This document shows, in pieces, positions 1 through 6,467 of a DNA stretch of 64,000 nt; the stretch's first letter is position 1; each line of letters starts with the position of its first letter. The stretch comes from Parcubacteria group bacterium GW2011_GWC1_36_108 (lineage in GTDB: Bacteria; Patescibacteriota; Minisyncoccia; Moranbacterales; GWC2-37-73). Both the position numbers and the translations under genes were made by a program. Below the pieces are notes generated by a model. That model did no database searches. It was not told where the DNA came from and saw nothing but the letters and a program-made list of their open reading frames with translations. The stretch covers positions 103,340 through 167,339 of the forward strand of contig LBRD01000006.1 of assembly GCA_000991245.1 (NCBI GenBank). Direction: 5' to 3'.

Positions 1-260
1 TCAGATTTGTTTCCCTCCCCTGTAACTGAAAATGCTCTCTCAACTGCAACAGCAATTTTCTTTTGATCAAACGGCACAACTCTTCCAGAACGTTTTACGA
101 TTTTTTTAACAAGATTTTTCGGCTTAACTTTCTTTGCAGCTTTTTGCGGTTTACCCTGTGAAATAGCGACTAGGTCGCTCCGCTTCGCGGATTTCACTGG
201 GCGAGTCTTTTTTACTGCCACAACCTTTTTGCTCTTAACTTTCTTTTTTTGATTTTTCAT
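1..260 (-). CDS. Ribonucleotide reductase, N-terminal fragment (Lys-rich extension followed by start of an ATP-cone); gene runs off the window start
   Basis: Hand translation of the minus strand from ATG at 258-260: MKNQKKKVKSKKVVAVKKTRPVKSAKRSDLVAISQGKPQKAAKKVKPKNLVKKIVKRSGRVVPFDQKKIAVAVERAFSVTGEGNKS... with no stop before position 1. The KRSGRVVPFDQKKI segment matches the start of ATP-cone domains of RNRs. GGGGGAG SD 8 nt upstream. Lies next to nrdR. Confidence 0.5.
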   Translation of the reverse strand, partial: MKNQKKKVKSKKVVAVKKTRPVKSAKRSDLVAISQGKPQKAAKKVKPKNLVKKIVKRSGRVVPFDQKKIAVAVERAFSVTGEGNKS

Positions 261-295
261 ATTGTTTTCTCCCCCGAGAATTAAATTATTTTATG

Positions 296-396
296 ATACG
301 AATGTTACGAATATTTATGCTAATACGCGAATATGCGAATAATCCATTTGCGTCATTTGCATATTTGCAACATTCGCATTAATTCGCATATTCGTA
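296..396. repeat. Repeat family R1 copy 1 (cgaatatgcgaa / gcaaatatgcaa palindromic words); inverted copy at 22081-22232
   Basis: 25-nt exact match tatgctaatacgcgaatatgcgaat to the reverse complement of 22183-22210, plus further shared blocks (ttgcgtcatttgc, cattcgcat.aattcgc.tattcgta). Spurious ORFs 315..512 and 22131..22334 both read HIRVLA across it. Confidence 0.5.
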
Positions 397-858
397 TCAT
401 GATGTTTCCATTTTCTCCATTTCCTTCCGAAAACTGTCTGCGTTTTTGAATCCCTTGTACACACTTGCAAATCGCAAATATGCAACATCGTCCAATTCCT
501 TAAGTTTTTCAAGAATCATTCGACCAATTTCCTTGCTTGATATTTCATTGCTTTCGCGAGCCTGAATTTCATATTCAATGTCGCCAATCGCTTTTCCTAT
601 TTTTTCTTCGCTCACTGGTCTTTTTTCCAAAGCCTTGTGCAAACCAATTTCTATTTTCCTTCTGTCATATTCCTGCTTGCTACCATCTCGCTTAGTAACA
701 GTAAGACGCATAATTTCCATTTCCTCATAAGTACTGAAACGTGCTTGGCATTTTTCGCATTCTCTTCGCCTGCGAATTGCCTTTGAATCATTCGTGTCGC
801 GAGAATCGACAACCTTCGTGTCGCCATTCCCGCAAAATGGACAAATCATAAGTTTCAA
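397..858 (-). CDS. nrdR: Transcriptional repressor NrdR (zinc ribbon + ATP-cone)
   Basis: MKLMICPFCGNGDTKVVDSRD...CEKCQARFSTYE zinc-ribbon followed by an ATP-cone; 153 aa is typical NrdR size. Confidence 0.9.
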   Translation of the reverse strand: MKLMICPFCGNGDTKVVDSRDTNDSKAIRRRRECEKCQARFSTYEEMEIMRLTVTKRDGSKQEYDRRKIEIGLHKALEKRPVSEEKIGKAIGDIEYEIQARESNEISSKEIGRMILEKLKELDDVAYLRFASVYKGFKNADSFRKEMEKMETS

Positions 859-1233
859 TTTATATAATTATTTTTATTTTCAATATAAATACCCGCTAAA
901 TTACTAATCTTTTACCAATATACTAATCTGAATTTAATACACATTTGTATATTAGTATGTAATTCGTATATTAGTTGGGTTATTAATATGCCATTCAAAG
1001 TAAACAAATTTTATTTACTTGACAAGAAATATTTTTCACTCTTTTAAAACTTGACTATTTTGTATTTTTATGAACTTATACACTATATGTTGTGTACCGT
1101 TAGTCCATTATACCACAAGTCAAATATCTGCCAAGCATCCCTATTTGAGCCATTTTTGGAAGTTATGCACAGCGTAAAATGAAATTTTTGCATTAAAAAT
1201 TTCATCACATTGCACGGCACGCGTAAACAGTAA

Positions 1234-1272
1234 TAAAAAAAGCCGCCTTCCGTGTTAATAACGGAAAGCGAC
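1234..1272 (-). terminator. Rho-independent terminator (minus-strand sense) after the AbiEii-like gene; paralogous to 4586-4623
   Basis: gccgccttccgt / acggaaagcg stem with loop gttaataa; on the minus strand followed by a U-tract (a-run 1234-1240 on plus). Same architecture and a downstream gcagggcggg block shared with 4586-4650. Confidence 0.5.
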
Positions 1273-1320
1273 CATAGCAGGGCGGGGGCGGAAATGAAAC
1301 AACGGCATTTCAAACTCATT

Positions 1321-1947
1321 TTATGATAATGTTTTTTCAAATTCCAAAACTTTTTCAACAATAACCTTTTTCACAACATCCCAATTTTCTAAAGCAAACA
1401 TCATGGGCATCGGATCCCCTTCAGCATCTTCAAAAAAAGTCAGGCTTTTAAGAATGTGCAACATATTATATTGAATATTATTGAATTTTTTTTCGAAAAA
1501 ATTTATCAATTCTCGCAATTCATATTTTTTCAAGAGGATGTATAAATCAATAAAATCTTTCTTGCTTCCACGCGAAGAAATCGCATCAATTTTCATTGCA
1601 GCGATGTCGCGTTCATCTGCCATTTTTACACCCTCAAATTCCACCAGGGGAAACAGTAACTCATATTCATAACGCAAGAAACTAACTTTCACTCCATCAA
1701 TTGTACAGTGCAGTGTTCCATCCTCCTCACCAACAACAACCACACTTCCAATTTCAGGTAAAAGTTTTTTCAACTCAACAGGTGAAAAATTTTCTTTTGA
1801 AAAAAAATCTAAATCAATAGATTTTCGATGCCCAAGTTCAATAGCAAGCGCTGTTCCACCAGCAAGATAAAATGATTTCAGAATGTCAATTTTTTTTATC
1901 TTTTCAAAAACGCGCATTGTTTGCTCATCGATTGTTTCGTGGTACAT
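1321..1947 (-). CDS. Nucleotidyltransferase, AbiEii/AbiGii toxin-like family
   Basis: SFYLAGGTALAIELGHRKSIDLDFF N-terminal motif typical of the AbiEii/DUF1814 NTase fold; 208 aa. Confidence 0.6.
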   Translation of the reverse strand: MYHETIDEQTMRVFEKIKKIDILKSFYLAGGTALAIELGHRKSIDLDFFSKENFSPVELKKLLPEIGSVVVVGEEDGTLHCTIDGVKVSFLRYEYELLFPLVEFEGVKMADERDIAAMKIDAISSRGSKKDFIDLYILLKKYELRELINFFEKKFNNIQYNMLHILKSLTFFEDAEGDPMPMMFALENWDVVKKVIVEKVLEFEKTLS

Positions 1948-2192
1948 AAAATTTGATCTGAGATATTAAAATACACCTTCCAAAAATTTCGTGACTTTGC
2001 ATCAAACTGATCAATTGATTTCAAGAAAATTTCACGCAAAATTTCCGCTCCATACAGTTGAAATGCCCAGTTTAAATCATCAATGTCTCCCATACTCAAA
2101 ATACGTTTAACAATAAACGTTTTATGAGTCTGCGGATCAATAGTGCCAAGATCAACATCCCAAAAAAGTGATTGTTTTTCTAGTGTCTTCAT
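1896..2192 (-). CDS. Hypothetical protein; possible cognate partner (antitoxin-like) of the downstream NTase; overlaps it by ~50 nt
   Basis: 98-aa ORF overlapping the NTase start, a typical toxin-antitoxin arrangement; no confident domain recognised. Confidence 0.3.
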   Translation of the reverse strand: MKTLEKQSLFWDVDLGTIDPQTHKTFIVKRILSMGDIDDLNWAFQLYGAEILREIFLKSIDQFDAKSRNFWKVYFNISDQILCTTKQSMSKQCAFLKR

Positions 2193-2302
2193 AGCCCAAT
2201 TTTAGCACAAAACAAGACAAAATGCAACACAAAAAGTTAAAGATGGAATGGCACTAAGGACGATCTTCGGCGAATTCTCTTCTTCACTGCATATGCTGCC
2301 TG

Positions 2303-2929
2303 TTAAAGATTTCCCTGTTGAGAACCGTCCTCGGTTGGTGAATTTCCCTTTTTAGCGAGAACATAAAACCAATCCCTGTTATGAGCATGGAAAATACTGA
2401 CATAAAAACTAGTAAGCCCAATGTCAGTTATTTTTTTTAAAATATCTTTTTTTGTAAATTTATTGAAAATAAAGTTTTTCCGTTCTATATCATTTTTTTC
2501 TTTTTTCATAACAATAAAGCCAAAAACACCACCACAAGCCAAAATACGCTCAACCTCTAAAAGAGCTTTTTCAATGTCATCAGAAGTCAAATGCGTAAAT
2601 AAAGAAGATGAAGCCCATATTCCATTAAAATACTCATTTTGAAAATCAAGCGCTGTCATTTCCATTAAACTAAATTTTCCATTAAAATTTTTATTAGCAT
2701 AATCAATCATTTTTTCAGAAAAATCTATACCAATTCCATCAAAATTATTTTCAATAAAATAATTAACATCGCGCCCAGTTCCACTTCCGATATCCAAAAT
2801 TTTTCCTTTCTTAGGAATATATTCTAGAAATTTATCGAGCTTATCTTGCATAAGCACATCACCATTTTTTAAATATATTTCTAAATTTTCATTGTACCAT
2901 TTTTTTATTTTTGAATAAACTAATTTCAT
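2303..2929 (-). CDS. Class I SAM-dependent methyltransferase
   Basis: ILDIGSGTGRD motif I and acidic motif II (IGIDFS) of the Rossmann-fold MTases; 208 aa. Immediately downstream of the rSAM/precursor genes. Confidence 0.8.
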   Translation of the reverse strand: MKLVYSKIKKWYNENLEIYLKNGDVLMQDKLDKFLEYIPKKGKILDIGSGTGRDVNYFIENNFDGIGIDFSEKMIDYANKNFNGKFSLMEMTALDFQNEYFNGIWASSSLFTHLTSDDIEKALLEVERILACGGVFGFIVMKKEKNDIERKNFIFNKFTKKDILKKITDIGLTSFYVSIFHAHNRDWFYVLAKKGNSPTEDGSQQGNL

Positions 2930-2930
2930 A

Positions 2931-2964
2931 AAAAATAGAGGAGGAGCAAAGAGTTGCTCCTCCT
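2931..2964 (-). terminator. Stem-loop plus U-tract between the precursor peptide gene and the methyltransferase start (intrinsic terminator or attenuator)
   Basis: Minus strand reads AGGAGGAGCAA-ctct-TTGCTCCTCCT-ctattttttATG: a perfect 11-bp stem and a T-run ending at the MTase ATG (2929). Confidence 0.5.
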
Positions 2965-3011
2965 AATTAAAGTTAAATATTTCCATTATGGATTAGCCCA
3001 CCGGAGCTGAG

Positions 3012-3089
3012 CTATGTTCCACAGTTTTGACAACAAAAGGAAACGTTCTGATCCACTTGATTTTCATCAATATATATTGAAACAAACAT
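3012..3089 (-). CDS. Putative RiPP precursor peptide, 25 aa, Cys-rich C-terminus (MFVSIYIDENQVDQNVSFCCQNCGT)
   Basis: Not in the ORF track (<60 aa). Found by hand translation of the minus strand: aaaGGAGGTGAgagtcATG, a strong SD with 5-nt spacer. The ORF lies 77 nt downstream of the rSAM-SPASM stop and has three Cys in its last 8 residues. Stop is TAG at 3012-3014. Confidence 0.5.
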   Translation of the reverse strand: MFVSIYIDENQVDQNVSFCCQNCGT

Positions 3090-3165
3090 GACTCTCACCT
3101 CCTTTCATGGCGAAATATTATACTGCTACAAACCCCGTGCATCCATGGCGGACTAATAAACTTTG

Positions 3166-4458
3166 TCATGATACAAGAAACATCTTTTTGTCAAAAAGGA
3201 CTTTAAAAAATAATTCCCTGTCTTTCACTGACACGCCCTCCACATCTACCTCTTTCCAGCTGAAATACTTATTACCACTCAGTAAATTAAGAACAGTATT
3301 GTACCCAGCTTTATTAAGAAATACCAATTCATCATTATATTTCACAACACCACCAAATTCTTCCGCCCTAATTTGCACGCCTTTAACAAATTTCAGATTA
3401 TTAGGCAATTGAAAATCGAGTTGCGAGGTATTTTCTGCGAAGTTAACCTTTTCCGGTCCTGTCATCAATGGATCTTTCCCATGTATATCATTGTAGAATA
3501 TTTTTGCATCCATTCGACATCCTCCCGAACATCGCAAGAGATGTGGACAAATTCTACATTTTTCATAAAGAAAAGTTCCATCACGCCATTCCTGCATTGC
3601 AAACCAGCACTCTTGCAAAGACTTTTCAAACAAATTTCCATAGGTCATATCCGCATGAGCACATGGACGAATTGAACCATCAGGAGAAATAGAACAGTTA
3701 AATACACCGGCCGTACAATTCCTGCGAAGAAACTGTTGATATTTTTTCATATCACCAATAAAGCAAAGTGGATAGGTTTCCAATATTTCAACCCAAAGTC
3801 CCAAATCACTTTGAAGGTGCAGGAGTGCATCCATTGATTCTTTAATCTGCTGTGGTGTTGCTCTGTAATTTCTATACTCAGTATCTGGTGACGGAGCCAC
3901 TTTTGTTGCAGAAAAACGCAAAATCCCCAAGCTATGAGCCAACTTGCCTGTTTCATAAACTTGATGTGCATTTTCTTTACGCACCACCATATTTGCACTT
4001 GTTAAAACACCAGTTTCAGTCAGCATTAGAACATTAGAAAGAAGACGCTTATGAAAACCCTCACGTTGAATGATAACGTCATGAATTTCTGGTTGATGAG
4101 AAAGCAACGAAGTTAGAATGCCAACACTATTTTGATAAAAAAAGTCCGACATTTCCCTGGTAAGTAACTGCAAATTAGTATTACAATATACAACCAAGCC
4201 TAGTTCTTTTGCTTTTCGTATACCAGCCTTTAAAGTTTCTTTAAACATTAAAGGTTCACCACCAGTAAAGCATACCGACATTACTTTCCAACGCGCCAAT
4301 TCTTCCACCAATTTTTCCGCTTGACTTGGCAAAAGATGCTTAGAAACGGCTTTCTTAATATGTTGACATGCGCGATAACAATGAGTACAGACCTGGTTAC
4401 AATTGTCAGTAATTTCAATTTGCACTGATAATGGTGCACTTAAGGTTCTATATATCAT
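3166..4458 (-). CDS. Radical SAM / SPASM-domain peptide-maturase-like enzyme with ~95-aa C-terminal RRE(PqqD)-like extension
   Basis: CNQVCTHC (CxxxCxxC) radical-SAM motif and GGEPL; C-terminal SPASM cysteine array (CTAGVFNC...RPC...CW...CRICPHLLRCSGGC). Start reassigned to MIYRTLS (4458) because AAAGGAGGTGGA lies 5 nt upstream; the ORF-track start at 4500 has no SD. Confidence 0.85.
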   Translation of the reverse strand: MIYRTLSAPLSVQIEITDNCNQVCTHCYRACQHIKKAVSKHLLPSQAEKLVEELARWKVMSVCFTGGEPLMFKETLKAGIRKAKELGLVVYCNTNLQLLTREMSDFFYQNSVGILTSLLSHQPEIHDVIIQREGFHKRLLSNVLMLTETGVLTSANMVVRKENAHQVYETGKLAHSLGILRFSATKVAPSPDTEYRNYRATPQQIKESMDALLHLQSDLGLWVEILETYPLCFIGDMKKYQQFLRRNCTAGVFNCSISPDGSIRPCAHADMTYGNLFEKSLQECWFAMQEWRDGTFLYEKCRICPHLLRCSGGCRMDAKIFYNDIHGKDPLMTGPEKVNFAENTSQLDFQLPNNLKFVKGVQIRAEEFGGVVKYNDELVFLNKAGYNTVLNLLSGNKYFSWKEVDVEGVSVKDRELFFKVLFDKKMFLVS

Positions 4459-4514
4459 ATTGTCCACCTCCTTTGTGGGTTTCGTAAAATTAAAGAACAT
4501 TCATACTACGATGA

Positions 4515-4542
4515 AAATTAACATTCAAACAGGAAATTGTCA
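4515..4542 (-). promoter_or_regulatory. Putative sigma70-type promoter for the rSAM-precursor operon
   Basis: Minus strand reads TTGACA-16/17 nt-TAATTT, ~55 nt upstream of the rSAM start and downstream of the terminator of the preceding gene. Confidence 0.35.
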
Positions 4543-4585
4543 ATTCCACCCACTTAAATTCTAATCTGAATTGCAATTTTTCTTT

Positions 4586-4623
4586 AAAAAAAGCCGCTCC
4601 TCATATTAATAATGAGAAGCGGC
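4586..4623 (-). terminator. Rho-independent terminator after the lipoprotein gene; paralogous to 1234-1272
   Basis: gccgctcctcat / atgagaagcggc stem (1 mismatch), loop attaataa, followed by a U-tract on the minus strand; then the gcagggcggg block. Confidence 0.55.
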
Positions 4624-4666
4624 GATTGCAGGGCGGGATGGGAAGAAATAAAATTATTTCATTTCA

Positions 4667-6100
4667 TCATTTTACTGTAATGTTTTTGGTGTAGGATTCA
4701 ACGAATCCATCCTTCCACCGTTTTTCTTCGAGTTCGACGGTGGTCATTGTTGTGCCACCGATTTTGGTGCCGGAGGAAGCTTTGATGATTTTACCGTTCC
4801 AGCTGGTGGAGAAATCGTTGTTGATAACAACTTCTCCATTTGCATCTGAGACAGCACTTTGGAGCAATGGCTGCGGGAATGGCTGGATGTAATAATTCGC
4901 CGTGCCATTTTTACTGTTTGGATCAATAGTATTGGTCAGCGTTCCGAAAACTTTTACCTCGCCGACGACTGGGTTTCCAAGTGAATTGACGAGTCTCACT
5001 TTAACAACTTTTGGCAAGTTGTTAGCGATTTGCCACATATCAACCTGATGGTTAGCATTATTGGTTGCCAACCAAGCATTAAAGGGCGAGAATATTGTCC
5101 CGGTCCATAAACCTGGTTCTGTCATTGGATCTTTTGGATATAAAGCCCTAAGGCTATATGATTCCAAGATTGGGGCAACATTAGTTCGATCCTGAAAAGC
5201 AATACCATACCATTCGGGTACGCCACCCGCAAGGGTATGCATAAATTCTTGGCAAGTACTAAATATAACACTATCAAAATATGTTGGACTAAGTTTTTCT
5301 ATTTCACTTCTGCCAAGCAACACTGTCATTTCATCCTCCGCCTTATAAATGGTATAGTATTTCTTTCCATTCATAACATGACTAGTGGTAAAAGTATAGG
5401 AGTATTGCGAAGTGATATACGCGGGAATTTCGCTCCTATCCTTATATATGAAATAAACGAGTGTTGTCCCTCCGTAGGTCGGGCTGCCCGGAAAATCATT
5501 GTCATAATAATTCGACGGGTCTTCTTGAATCCCATCAAATTGGGCATTGGTATAACTCTTCACCTGCCCAACTTGATATCTTTTTGTTGTGTTCTTTGCA
5601 AAAACCGCACTAACCTCTGAGATTGCGGCTCCTGCATTTTTTACCACATCGGGATGCGCGTCATAAAAAGATTTGTTGACGAGCACAGGAATAACTTCCG
5701 GATTAAGCGCTGGCACTGGTGCCAGTTTCAAGGTTGTTACGGTCGGCGCAGAGATATTGACAACAGCTTCAAACTTTGCACTTGATCCTGCCGCATTTGT
5801 TGCGACAAGACTTGGACTGTGCGACCCAACAGCGTAAGTATGCACTGGGTTTTGTTCAGAGCTGGTTGCACCATCTTTGAAATCCCAGTACCAATTTGTT
5901 GGCGATTCTGTTGCTGTACCGTTAAACTTTGCTGTCAAGCCTGTCACCTCAACGGTAAACGAGGCTACAGGCACTTTACTTGTTACCGGTGGGGTTACTG
6001 GAGAAGAAGAATCTCCTCCACCTCCGCCACCACAAGCAGCAAAGAAAACCAGACAAACAAACAGCATTCCTAACTTCAGCCAATAAAATCTTGAGTTCAT
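4667..6100 (-). CDS. Secreted lipoprotein with PKD domain
   Basis: Signal peptide plus lipobox (LVFFAAC, then a Gly run); WYWDFKDGATSSEQNPVHTY is a classic PKD signature. Confidence 0.75.
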   Translation of the reverse strand: MNSRFYWLKLGMLFVCLVFFAACGGGGGGDSSSPVTPPVTSKVPVASFTVEVTGLTAKFNGTATESPTNWYWDFKDGATSSEQNPVHTYAVGSHSPSLVATNAAGSSAKFEAVVNISAPTVTTLKLAPVPALNPEVIPVLVNKSFYDAHPDVVKNAGAAISEVSAVFAKNTTKRYQVGQVKSYTNAQFDGIQEDPSNYYDNDFPGSPTYGGTTLVYFIYKDRSEIPAYITSQYSYTFTTSHVMNGKKYYTIYKAEDEMTVLLGRSEIEKLSPTYFDSVIFSTCQEFMHTLAGGVPEWYGIAFQDRTNVAPILESYSLRALYPKDPMTEPGLWTGTIFSPFNAWLATNNANHQVDMWQIANNLPKVVKVRLVNSLGNPVVGEVKVFGTLTNTIDPNSKNGTANYYIQPFPQPLLQSAVSDANGEVVINNDFSTSWNGKIIKASSGTKIGGTTMTTVELEEKRWKDGFVESYTKNITVK

Positions 6101-6242
6101 GGTTGGCCTCCTTGGCCTCTACATAGCGGTGATTGACGATTTTGCCCTTTTTCTAGATCCTAACTATTTATATATGTAAAGATACTGATATTCAAAATCT
6201 CAAAAGAGACTTCCTCGTATGATTGCATAAAAAATACTTTTT

Positions 6243-6350
6243 GTCAACCCCGTTAGAAATTTCAAAAATAGTCGCTGATTACTTATAGACTTAGGATATA
6301 AAGCATCCTATTCAAATTGATAATGCATGTGAAATTTCTAACGGGGTTAA
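6243..6350. mobile_element. MITE-like element, family M1 copy 1 (TIR tcAACCCCGTTAGAAATTTc ... gAAATTTCTAACGGGGTTaag)
   Basis: ~20-bp near-perfect terminal inverted repeats ~70 bp apart; same TIRs at 18972-19082 and, diverged, at 25566-25677. Confidence 0.5.
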
Positions 6351-6386
6351 GCAAAAATACAGCCCTACTGAGCTGTATTTTTTGTT
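6351..6386. terminator. Bidirectional stem-loop terminator (aaaatacagc ... gctgtatttt)
   Basis: Perfect 10-bp stem flanked by A-run and T-run, downstream of the giant minus-strand gene. Confidence 0.5.
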
Positions 6387-6467
6387 TTGTCTTTTTGCTA
6401 TACCATGCGAACCTGGATTCCCTTTTTCAAGGGAATGACACACCAAGGACTCAATTAACCCAAGATG

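Noticed and set aside
315-512. ORFs 315..512 (-) and 22131..22334 (+), both containing HIRVLA
   Set aside because: Translated from the two R1 repeat copies; overlap nrdR and the YqeY upstream region; no coding support.
3062-3108. 13-aa ORF MKGGESHVCFNIY as the alternative precursor peptide
   Set aside because: Its ATG lies inside the SD of the 25-aa ORF and has no SD of its own. The 25-aa ORF has the optimal SD-to-ATG spacing and a Cys-rich tail, so it is preferred.
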